Shown here: positions 1 through 8,390 of the stretch, piece after piece
Position numbering within the stretch: the stretch's first letter is position 1
How the letters are laid out: each line of letters begins with the position of its first letter
NCBI GenBank assembly: GCA_024276825.1
Contig: JAJRWI010000069.1
Span: forward strand, 53,459 to 117,458
Length of the DNA stretch: 64,000 bases
From: an archaeon
GTDB taxonomy: Archaea; Asgardarchaeota; Thorarchaeia; Thorarchaeales; Thorarchaeaceae
Direction: 5' to 3'
Notes under the pieces: model-generated
Database searches by the model: none
Told to the model about the DNA's origin: nothing
Seen by the model: the letters and a program-made list of their open reading frames with translations, nothing else
Position numbers and translations under genes: made by a program

Positions 1-2035
1 TGACAAATGCAAGTACACCTGATTCTGCCGCCATTGATGGTTGTTCTGAAGTTCCAATCATACTCAAGCGTCTGGACGTGATGTCTGACTCAGAGGGAGT
101 GTGCAACTTTAATGGTGGACCAAGCTTTAAAGGAACACATGTATCAGGGTTCGAATCTACGAGAAGTGCATGCTCCTTTTTCATGGTGCGCAGATAAGAG
201 CTCTCACGTGATGATATTCGTGCCTTACTATGAATCGAGTCGACCACCGACAGGCCTAACATATCAGACATGACCTTGATGTCTTGAGAACTCTTCAGCC
301 TGAAGGCAAGGCAAGAACTGAACAGATCTAATAGATGTTGAAGTTCCGATGGATTTCTTATGCTTAACATTAGAGGGCCACGCCTGAGCATGTCAGTGAT
401 CAATCTATGAGTCCATAAACCCCGACTACGGTCATGCAGTTTCAGCAGAAGATTTAGAGGTTCGTCTAGAATTATTACGACATTCTTGTCCTTTGTGAGG
501 GCTGATATCTTTATCATGAAAAGGTCCCATGCAAATGTGTCAAGTTCATTGGAGTTCAAGTCTATTAGCATGACAGTAAGTGGGAACTCGGTCAACTTAG
601 CCATCTTTGCAGTCTGGATACCATAAAAGGCACGAGCCCCGATTCCGCGATGGAGAACACGGACTGCCTCAAACCCATCAAGTGAGGCCCTGGAGGGAGA
701 GTCATCCGCTGTTATCGTGGGTTGGTCTTCATTGTGGAGAAGAGTGATGTCTGCTACAGTTCCTCCGTTCAATGCCACAGCTCTGCTTAGGGCATCCTCA
801 AAGTGTGATGCAGAACTGAGTGCTGAAGAGCATATCACTTCAAGTGCGGTTTTCAATCTGGGCACAAACTCGTGCCTTGGAATGTTCTCAGCATCAACGG
901 GATTCAAGACAAAGTCTTTTCCCAGGGTCAGACCAAGTGAATTGTTGGTCAATGATAATAGAGACATTGCTCTTCTGTTATTTGTCAAAATTATCACATG
1001 CTTTCCGGACCTCAATATCTGAGGAATCAAAAGACTGTAGGCATGAAATCTATCAGACCACTCACCACCAGTAATTAGAACTCCATTCAAGAGGTCATCA
1101 TCTGTGAAGCCTACTATAGGCCCAGTCTGCAATGTTTCGGGATTGATTATCACACCCAATTGATAGTCGCACTGCTTGGCACGAACGGGCGAGATGAATT
1201 CGCCAGGAATATTGGCCCCCACTTCCGGAGCGAGTTCTGAAACCAATTGAATGGTCCATTCTGATAACTCACGACCGAGAGCATAGAATCGTGGTGTACC
1301 ATCTAATATCCTGCATTCATTCACCCATTTGGCAAGCCGCTTGCCGCTCATTCTCTTCAGCCCGTGCTCAGGAATGGAGCCTCGAACTGCAGAGTCAAAG
1401 TATCGAGTTTCGTTCTCATTCAATGTTTGACCAAGTATTGTAAGACCTGTCTTCCACAAACCACCCTTCGAAATAATGATGTCTGATGGTGCCCTATGAA
1501 AACGCCTACTAAAAAATGGCAGTGGAAAACGCTTCAGTTTATTTCTGTTGACAATTACTGCATTGTTCTCAGGTACCAAAGAAACAGTGAATGAGAAGCC
1601 AGAACTTGTATCAAGTGCTCTAATAAGCTTGGACAGGTTTCCTGCTAGGCGGGGAGGTTGCTTAAGTTCTAGGCCAAGTAAAAGAGTCTGAGGACCTGCA
1701 CCCTCGAACTCTACCTCTCTTTTTCTAGGACCAAGGAATATCTCAGACACTTTCAAGTTGCATAGGCCAGCCTCTTGAAGCTTGGACTCGTCAGACCTCA
1801 TTCGAAGACTAAATAGAAACATAGTGATTGCAGTTGCAAATAATAGGACAACAACATGATTTAATGTTATAAAGATGAAACTATAGATGGATGCTACAAG
1901 CAATAGATCGAAGAGTGGGTTGCTTCTGATTCGTCTATCGCACAACCGAGCCTTTCCAGAGGGTCTTAGTTGCATCCTGCCCTCATAGGTTATCTCGTGA
2001 GTGTCTATCAATGACGAGTTCCATCTAGATATCAT
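1..2035 (-). CDS. Membrane-anchored HerA/VirB4 (DUF87-like) P-loop ATPase-fold protein with degenerate Walker A; 3' end runs off the window
   Basis: Not in ORF track. My translation is open from ATG 2035 (ATGA overlap with the upstream stop, AGGAGG RBS) to base 1: MISRWNSS...; hydrophobic LFDLLLVASIYSFIFITLNHVVVLLFATAITMFLFSL; LGVIINPETLQTGPIVGFTDDDLLNGVLITGGEWSDRFH at the Walker A position; FVLNP; Walker B-like VVIILDEP; later CLAFRLKSSQDIKVMSDMLG and LRTMKKEHALLV, as in HerA/VirB4 C-termini. Confidence 0.7.
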   Translation of the reverse strand, partial: MISRWNSSLIDTHEITYEGRMQLRPSGKARLCDRRIRSNPLFDLLLVASIYSFIFITLNHVVVLLFATAITMFLFSLRMRSDESKLQEAGLCNLKVSEIFLGPRKREVEFEGAGPQTLLLGLELKQPPRLAGNLSKLIRALDTSSGFSFTVSLVPENNAVIVNRNKLKRFPLPFFSRRFHRAPSDIIISKGGLWKTGLTILGQTLNENETRYFDSAVRGSIPEHGLKRMSGKRLAKWVNECRILDGTPRFYALGRELSEWTIQLVSELAPEVGANIPGEFISPVRAKQCDYQLGVIINPETLQTGPIVGFTDDDLLNGVLITGGEWSDRFHAYSLLIPQILRSGKHVIILTNNRRAMSLLSLTNNSLGLTLGKDFVLNPVDAENIPRHEFVPRLKTALEVICSSALSSASHFEDALSRAVALNGGTVADITLLHNEDQPTITADDSPSRASLDGFEAVRVLHRGIGARAFYGIQTAKMAKLTEFPLTVMLIDLNSNELDTFAWDLFMIKISALTKDKNVVIILDEPLNLLLKLHDRSRGLWTHRLITDMLRRGPLMLSIRNPSELQHLLDLFSSCLAFRLKSSQDIKVMSDMLGLSVVDSIHSKARISSRESSYLRTMKKEHALLVDSNPDTCVPLKLGPPLKLHTPSESDITSRRLSMIGTSEQPSMAAESGVLAFV

Positions 2036-2322
2036 GGGCCCCTCCTAATCATCGATTGCGAGAGGATCTCAAGAATACGGCTGAAATGCCTTACATGATT
2101 CTCATCACCATCCCAGATGAACAGCTTGCGATGGATAATTGAGATTGAAGGCATATTATTCTTTGACGATTCTCCATGAGCGACAATTTTGGGTAGTTTA
2201 ACCAGTACTCTCCAGCTATAACCATGACCTGATTGCAGTACTGACATCAGTTGATCAATGTCGAGAAATGGCGAGATATCAAGTGCTTCACTAGCATTTG
2301 ACTTCAATCTCAACACCTCCAT
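2032..2322 (-). CDS. Hypothetical protein (96 aa)
   Basis: Overlaps both neighbours within the operon; a GGAGGTG RBS suggests the true start is a TTG a few codons in. Confidence 0.6.
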   Translation of the reverse strand: MEVLRLKSNASEALDISPFLDIDQLMSVLQSGHGYSWRVLVKLPKIVAHGESSKNNMPSISIIHRKLFIWDGDENHVRHFSRILEILSQSMIRRGP

Positions 2323-2881
2323 TAACCATGAGCATCATCTGATCGAGTGTGGCCTTAGTGATGGGAGTATGAGGATAAGCAGCTCTCATCGCACCCTCCA
2401 GAACATAAGACACAATCTCAATTTTCTTCACTAACGAGTCAAGAAACCTCCCCACCCCAAATATACGGGAAGTTCTTCCAATAACCATCATTCCAACGGT
2501 AGTACTCGAAGAGCTCATTGGTCTTACCACTACAAACCTGAGCTCAAACTTCGCCCAATCTTTGGCGTGAAGACTCATTGCCTCAAGAACCTTCGCTGAA
2601 GAATGTGACAGGTCTATGCCAATTGGTATACTACTGAATATCCGTGCGCTATATACTTCGATATGCCAAGGACGAAGATTTACCAGCATTTTGCCGCCCT
2701 TGTCCCAAAATATCACAGAACGACCGCCATGCTTCCTGTAGATATAGGCCACTAGAAAGAGGCCAGTTAGTCCCAAGGAACTCTCAATAAGTCCCATTAT
2801 ACTGCTCAATATCAGAGAGCGGAGAAGTAATGCAGAAGCAATAAAACCAAGTAGATATTTCGCAGAGAAAGTCCTCGACAT
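2291..2881 (-). CDS. Hypothetical membrane protein (two N-terminal TM helices plus soluble alpha/beta domain)
   Basis: Hydrophobic N-terminus; ATG directly follows the helicase stop codon. Confidence 0.7.
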   Translation of the reverse strand: MSRTFSAKYLLGFIASALLLRSLILSSIMGLIESSLGLTGLFLVAYIYRKHGGRSVIFWDKGGKMLVNLRPWHIEVYSARIFSSIPIGIDLSHSSAKVLEAMSLHAKDWAKFELRFVVVRPMSSSSTTVGMMVIGRTSRIFGVGRFLDSLVKKIEIVSYVLEGAMRAAYPHTPITKATLDQMMLMVNGGVEIEVKC

Positions 2882-4843
2882 TCATATCGACCCCCTGTTG
2901 CCGCTAATGAATGTTTCAATAGCAGACACCATCTCATCCTTACTCTCAAAGGGCCAAATATCGGAGATAATGTCAGATCCGAAAACATTCAGATAATTGT
3001 GAAATCGTTTATCGAAGAGGATCACTATTCCTCTATCTGTGGGGCTACGCCGTAGGCGGCCAATTAGTTGAGCAACTCGGCGTATTGACGGGACTACTAT
3101 GGAATAGTAATAGCCCGAACCAGATCCATACCGTTCGTCAAACCATAACTGAAGTGCCCTATGAAAACTAGTAGGTGGAGAAAAGGGTATACCAACACCA
3201 ATGATGAGGTTAATCTGTGATGAACCATCCTTTACTAGATCGATACCCTCGCTGAACTTCCCGCCATAGACTGCGAAGATTGCATGCGGTGTTTCATCAA
3301 CTGCCCTCCGCAGATCATCCAATTGTGCCTTGGGATCCTCTACAATTCTGCTTCTGTGCCCGCAGTCAATGTTATAGCTGAGAACCTCATTCATTATTCT
3401 ATAGCTTGGGAATGCAACCAGTGCGCTCTTATTAGCTGGAGTAGTCGTTAATGCAACGCTTATTCGTTCTGCAATGGCACGCCAGAGTTCAGAACCTCGT
3501 TCGGTATACTTGGTGGTCAAGTGCTTGTCAAGCAATACTAATCGAGTTCCTTTCTCATAAGGGCTCGTGAGATGTGCTGTACGGGCACTTGGAATCCCAA
3601 GGAGTGATGCATAATGATTTAACGGATTAAGAGTGCCAGACATCAAGAGAGCTGACCGGGCACCTCTCAGTATTGGTGTTGTGAATCCCATTGCATTAAG
3701 AGGACGGGCTTTTAACACTGCATTCTCAATTGAGACCGATCTATCCCATGAACGTGATAGTTCTATTGTGATGTGCCAGTCATTACTCAGAGTCGCCCGA
3801 TGTCCAGCCTGAAGAATATCAAACAATCGTTCCAGTGGAGTGCTCGAATACGACTCGCCATCCGTTGGATCAGAATTGTCTTGATTTCTATAGAGCAATT
3901 GAGCAAGCTCATCCATATCCACAAATCGGGGCAATATCTCCCAGCGATTAAGAGCATGTTCGTTCTTGTTCCGGATCTTGTCGAGATTCAGCATGAATGT
4001 TTCCCAGAGAAAATCAATGACATCGAATAGCCACGAGGCATTCGTAGTCACATCGAGAGCATCACGGTTCTCTTTCAACCATAGAAGATCCTTGCCTGAA
4101 ATCTGGGCAGATTCTACCTCCAGAACATGATCAGCAAGGTTGTGTGCCTCATCAACAATGAGGTCTATGTCTGACAGATCGACATTTAGAGCCCTCAGAA
4201 ACGCATTTCTAACTCGCTCTTGAAACAAGTATGAATAGGGACCAATTACCACCCTGCTATTGCGTGCTGACCACCGAAGAACTTCGTAGGGACAATAGCC
4301 AGATGAGAATGAGAGGTTCTCAGCGGTTTCTTGGGTGACAACGTCGCCATTCAAAGTATTGACAAGGTCATCCCTAGCGGACTCTCTGAGCTTCAGATTG
4401 CCTGAGTTCGAGTTCCCAATAAACATGTTATAATAATAGTTGCATTCACCTGAACGTATCATTGCAGCACAGCCACGGGTGAATCCTGCCACAGAAGTCT
4501 GCTGAATCTCAGCCTTCATAGGACAGACATGGATTCTCGAGACCATGCTTGTTGCTGTCAGATGAAATGAGAGTTTCTTCGCTGCTTCTGTTTCATTCAA
4601 CACACGAAGTTCGGACTCAAACACGCAGGCCTGAGAATGAGTTCGTGTGAGTACTATTAACTTGGACTCGGGATCATTTGCACGTGCTGCAAAGTAACCC
4701 GAGAGAACCGCAATTGTCTTGCCAACACCACAATCTGCTGAGAGCAAGCCCACTGTCTTCTGCTTAAATACCTGTGTGGCAAAGCGAATTGCATGGTCTT
4801 GATGAGGACGGGGTTTGTATGGAAACCATGCCATTGCATCCAT
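2882..4843 (-). CDS. XPD/Rad3/DinG-family Fe-S cluster SF2 DNA helicase
   Basis: Q-motif FPYKPRPHQ, Walker A ADCGVGKT, RTHSQ, Fe-S cysteines (HVCP, RGC, ECNYY, YCPY), DEAH, SGTL, GKFSEGID, GIPF, QLIGRLRR, DKRF. Confidence 0.93.
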   Translation of the reverse strand: MDAMAWFPYKPRPHQDHAIRFATQVFKQKTVGLLSADCGVGKTIAVLSGYFAARANDPESKLIVLTRTHSQACVFESELRVLNETEAAKKLSFHLTATSMVSRIHVCPMKAEIQQTSVAGFTRGCAAMIRSGECNYYYNMFIGNSNSGNLKLRESARDDLVNTLNGDVVTQETAENLSFSSGYCPYEVLRWSARNSRVVIGPYSYLFQERVRNAFLRALNVDLSDIDLIVDEAHNLADHVLEVESAQISGKDLLWLKENRDALDVTTNASWLFDVIDFLWETFMLNLDKIRNKNEHALNRWEILPRFVDMDELAQLLYRNQDNSDPTDGESYSSTPLERLFDILQAGHRATLSNDWHITIELSRSWDRSVSIENAVLKARPLNAMGFTTPILRGARSALLMSGTLNPLNHYASLLGIPSARTAHLTSPYEKGTRLVLLDKHLTTKYTERGSELWRAIAERISVALTTTPANKSALVAFPSYRIMNEVLSYNIDCGHRSRIVEDPKAQLDDLRRAVDETPHAIFAVYGGKFSEGIDLVKDGSSQINLIIGVGIPFSPPTSFHRALQLWFDERYGSGSGYYYSIVVPSIRRVAQLIGRLRRSPTDRGIVILFDKRFHNYLNVFGSDIISDIWPFESKDEMVSAIETFISGNRGSI

Positions 4844-4858
4844 TGCAGCGACAATCAG

Positions 4859-5476
4859 TCAGGCTCCCCCCATTCTAATGCATGACTCGGTACGATGCAC
4901 TCTGAAACGTATTGAAAAATAGGAATATAGGAGATTATAGAACTTCATTAATAATGTTGGTGAGTCATAGAATCGCTCTTTTCGAGCCATCCTCTCAACT
5001 ATTCTCTTGCTAAATCCGTTCTTCTTTGCAGTTTCCCAGAAGTAGACCTCTATATCCTTCATTGTTGACAGATGATGGACGATTGTCTTCACTAGGAGAT
5101 TAGTCAATAGTTCAATGGCCTTTCTTGCATTATGCGGTAAATTAGATGCTCTTATGCTCATGGGCAAATAGACTGGTACACCATCAAGACTATCGTAATA
5201 AATCTCCCGTGGCACACCCTTGCTGCTTCGTAAGGTTTCCAGCAGTGAGAGTATTCTTGGAAGTTGGGGCAAGATTGGTTTTGATATGTCACGATCGCGC
5301 CACTCAATCTTCGTCAAGACGTGCAGCTCTGGGTCAGGCTCTTGTTCAGCATCAATTGCAAGTACAGTTATTCTATGATTAGTGTCTCTCAATTGAAGGT
5401 TAATCAGATTCAGAATTGAGATCCATGAGTGTGAAGTATCTCTTACAAATGCATCATGTTTCACCGCAACACTCAA
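4859..5476 (-). CDS. Hypothetical protein (205 aa)
   Basis: TTG start overlapping the upstream stop (TTGA); operon position. Confidence 0.7.
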   Translation of the reverse strand: MSVAVKHDAFVRDTSHSWISILNLINLQLRDTNHRITVLAIDAEQEPDPELHVLTKIEWRDRDISKPILPQLPRILSLLETLRSSKGVPREIYYDSLDGVPVYLPMSIRASNLPHNARKAIELLTNLLVKTIVHHLSTMKDIEVYFWETAKKNGFSKRIVERMARKERFYDSPTLLMKFYNLLYSYFSIRFRVHRTESCIRMGGA

Positions 5477-5919
5477 ACAATCTCACCCCGCACAATTCCA
5501 ATAAGATTATCATCCTTGAACAGGACTTCTTCCTCTATGAGTTTGTGAAGCATTTTACTTGACTTTGTAAGCGAGAATCCAAGAATGGTGGCCTCTCGTA
5601 GGACATCTTCAATGGGCACAGGCCAGCCACGGTTGAGTTCGAGCAGGGACTCGACAATCTCAATCAATGTTCGTCTTATCCCAAGACCATAGTGAATCTT
5701 GGGGGCTTTCCGTTCCCTCCTCTTCTGATGAACTAGGTCCCGGACCAGTTCTTCAGCTTCAATGGTTGTTGCAGCATAGAGTGTCCCAGGCTCGTCGATA
5801 ATTACAGCGGAGCAGAGAGAACAGTGTGAAGACTCGTGCTCGTTCTCAATTCTTACAAAACCAATATTGTTGCATTTGGGACATTGATATACTCTGAACA
5901 TTCCCCGCTCCTGATGCAT
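5473..5919 (-). CDS. Zn-ribbon plus C-terminal winged-helix protein (DUF1922/DUF5817-like architecture)
   Basis: CPKC...CSLC ribbon, AATTIEAEELV segment, C-terminal VPIEDVLREA...LHKLIEEEVLF wHTH-like pattern; true start may be 5901 (MFRVYQC). Confidence 0.7.
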   Translation of the reverse strand: MHQERGMFRVYQCPKCNNIGFVRIENEHESSHCSLCSAVIIDEPGTLYAATTIEAEELVRDLVHQKRRERKAPKIHYGLGIRRTLIEIVESLLELNRGWPVPIEDVLREATILGFSLTKSSKMLHKLIEEEVLFKDDNLIGIVRGEIV

Positions 5920-6962
5920 TAGGCAACTGCCTCCTGCTCGATCTCTTTAAGCACAGCCTGATGGTCGCATCCCCTAGATCTCAGATACTTCAGAATTGCG
6001 TCCTGCATGTTATCCTTCTCTTTTGCATTCTCATAAAACCCCCCCCAACCTAGCTTGAGAGTCAGCTCAAACTCAGGCACTCCGGCATTATCCTGTAAAG
6101 CGATCTTTCTCTGATCATCCTTTCCAACCTTTAGATTAAACCTATAGTCAGAAGCATGCGAAAGAATGTGACCCCCAGATGGTGCATTAAGGCTGGATGA
6201 AAACTGTGAGATTTTGGACATCACTTGATTTGTATAAACGAATATTGCTTCGGTTGCAGCGGCTGTTCTTCGCATTAGACTCAGCAGCTTATTCATCTTT
6301 TGCTGTCGTATTCTAAGGCTGTCAAGACCTGTGTACTCCGAACGGAACAGTCCAGTAAATGAGTCGATTATGACAAGCTTGTAATTCTCACGAGCTAACA
6401 GGTTTGGGATGTTTTCGAAGCGCTCTTGAATTTGTGAACTGTCTATTATCGTGGCATGTCCAATATTTCCCAGAGCTACTTCTGGGTCTAGACCACGTCG
6501 ATAGGCCATCGCCCTGATAATCCATGGTTTGAATGCCCTTTCAGTGTCTAGCCACAACACACGGCCTTCAAGCCCACCATCTTTGAGAGGAAGCTGTACC
6601 ATAATAGCAAGCATTGCGCACCATTGCGTCTTTCCAGCACGTGCTTTGCCAAATAGTTCAACAATGGATCCTAACTCAATGCCACCCCAGAGGTGTTTAT
6701 CGAGTTTGCTAACCCCTGTTGACAACCGTGGTTTTAATTCAAGTTCGCGCTCAACTTCGAGACCTGAACGAAATTCAAATTTGCCAATGACCTTTCGCGC
6801 TGCCCTTACTATTGAGACCGCTTTGCCAGGTCCAATATTAGTTCTGGCATTGAGCTCATCAGGGTTCTGCACGGCCAGCAATTCTGCTGTGGTGATGAAG
6901 GCGGCCTCTAGCTTCTTGGCAATAGCGGGACCTATGCCAGGTACTGCTTCAAGCTCGGTCAT
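5919..6962 (-). CDS. radA: RadA/Rad51-family recombinase (divergent paralog with N-terminal HhH domain)
   Basis: LEAVPGIGPAIAKKL HhH; STGVSKLDKHLWGGIE; Walker A GKARAGKTQ; LDTERAF; Walker B LVIIDS; FRSEYTG; TNQV; GGHILSH. Confidence 0.9.
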   Translation of the reverse strand: MTELEAVPGIGPAIAKKLEAAFITTAELLAVQNPDELNARTNIGPGKAVSIVRAARKVIGKFEFRSGLEVERELELKPRLSTGVSKLDKHLWGGIELGSIVELFGKARAGKTQWCAMLAIMVQLPLKDGGLEGRVLWLDTERAFKPWIIRAMAYRRGLDPEVALGNIGHATIIDSSQIQERFENIPNLLARENYKLVIIDSFTGLFRSEYTGLDSLRIRQQKMNKLLSLMRRTAAATEAIFVYTNQVMSKISQFSSSLNAPSGGHILSHASDYRFNLKVGKDDQRKIALQDNAGVPEFELTLKLGWGGFYENAKEKDNMQDAILKYLRSRGCDHQAVLKEIEQEAVA

Positions 6963-7420
6963 GGCAATGCCTCCATGATGTCGTCAAAAAGCGGGCCAAT
7001 TATTGTGACCAAGTTGAGAAATCCTTGGAGAGCATCAAAAAGAACAAGAACATCATCATTGTTAATGACAACAAGGTCAGACAGGAGCATAAGCAAGTCA
7101 GAGTGGTATTCACCTGCTATTCCCAACTTGATGCCAATGTCTGTAAGTGTGCCTGCTACGCTCACATAGCCACCAATGTAGTCAAAAAGAGAACCCTGCA
7201 AGTATCTGTTCAATAACGCGTTTTCGGGACTGATTGGATCAATATCATCCCACCAATTTACGAAACTCTCAACTTCAGAATAGAATTGCATCCATTCTTT
7301 GGAGAACTTTAGATGCTTCATTTCAGCCAGTGCAGTCTTTGCGCCAATTAACCAAGCTTCAGGCAGGCCCAACTCCATGTGGTTCCCCATTGCGTGTTTG
7401 GCATATCTAGCAAACATCAT
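6959..7420 (-). CDS. Hypothetical protein (153 aa)
   Basis: GGAGG RBS and ATGA overlap place the start at 7420 rather than 7447; its stop overlaps the radA ATG. Confidence 0.7.
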   Translation of the reverse strand: MMFARYAKHAMGNHMELGLPEAWLIGAKTALAEMKHLKFSKEWMQFYSEVESFVNWWDDIDPISPENALLNRYLQGSLFDYIGGYVSVAGTLTDIGIKLGIAGEYHSDLLMLLSDLVVINNDDVLVLFDALQGFLNLVTIIGPLFDDIMEALP

Positions 7421-8178
7421 ATCGCCTCCACGGGTGAACTTGTACATTTGGACGAATGAGTTTCAATTGAGAGTTCATCCAACCAGTATAGGAGTTCTTG
7501 AACAAGAGGGGTTTCAATCTCATCTCGCGAAAGAACAGAGTAGATTAGGCCCTTTGCCGCATTCTTCACTGTTTGAAGAGCTAGACACCGCTCACCATCA
7601 TCTAGATGGGGATATCGTGGACCCGTTTCAAAGTTCGAAACCTCCCCAAGAAAGTCACGCCAATCCAGATGCCAATAGCCAACATAAGGGTCATTATTGA
7701 GAATGCGTTCAAGAATCTTTGAGAACTCTTCCCACTTGTTCATAAAGCGAATAACAGATTGTGCAAGAGTCCTGGCCCAGTTCTCTTTTTTTGTGGTTGC
7801 TGCCTGAAAAACGAGTTTGACATAGGTTCCAGAAGAACGGGTTTCGAGAACAGCCATTTGCAGATTGCGTGGATGCTTAGAGGCAATCAATGAGATAAGT
7901 GGAACTATACCAAAAAGATTGCAGAGAACAAACGAATACTTGCTTAGATCAATAACGGTGGTATCATTCACAAGAATACAATCTCGCAGCCCAAACACCA
8001 GACTGACCATTCCGGTATTGTCATTTTCATCAATTACATAACGCGCAGACTCGAGATACCAATCGCCGCGAGAGAACGGAATTGCAAACCCCAGAGTGAT
8101 GTCATACTGGCCATCCACCAATCTTCCTTTGCGGTCCATGAATATATGTTCAAGATCGTCTATCAATAGCTCACCCAC
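7417..8178 (-). CDS. Hypothetical protein (253 aa), first gene of the operon
   Basis: Long ORF coupled to the next gene; AT-rich promoter region upstream. Confidence 0.75.
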   Translation of the reverse strand: MGELLIDDLEHIFMDRKGRLVDGQYDITLGFAIPFSRGDWYLESARYVIDENDNTGMVSLVFGLRDCILVNDTTVIDLSKYSFVLCNLFGIVPLISLIASKHPRNLQMAVLETRSSGTYVKLVFQAATTKKENWARTLAQSVIRFMNKWEEFSKILERILNNDPYVGYWHLDWRDFLGEVSNFETGPRYPHLDDGERCLALQTVKNAAKGLIYSVLSRDEIETPLVQELLYWLDELSIETHSSKCTSSPVEAI

Positions 8179-8232
8179 ATTACCATTCCATTTGTGATAA
8201 TTTTCGAATTTTCATCATTCCCAATAATTGAC

Positions 8233-8275
8233 TAATCGATTAAGAAGGCAAAATAGAGGAATTTTATACTAAAAT
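8233..8275 (-). promoter_or_regulatory. Putative TATA box and palindromic operator sites for the radA/XPD operon
   Basis: Minus-strand TATAAAAT at 8261-8268 lies inside inverted repeat ATTTTA-TAC-TAAAAT (8261-8275); perfect palindrome TAATCGATTA at 8233-8242 near the expected start site. Confidence 0.45.
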
Positions 8276-8390
8276 GATGGATAAACACCAGTCATAAAGT
8301 CCCACTATTAGGATAAACGAATATTATTACCACATCAATCATCATTTGGGAATGGGTAGAACCATAGCCAATAATACTGTGGTATGAGTG

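Noticed and set aside
717-1074. Plus-strand ORFs 717-1022 and 820-1074, and the many other short ORFs antisense to or nested in long genes
   Set aside because: They are shadows of well-supported genes on the opposite strand or frame and have no motifs of their own
1-8178. Integrated conjugative element or provirus
   Set aside because: No integrase, relaxase, capsid, att repeat or flanking tRNA is visible; not fully excluded because the operon continues beyond the window
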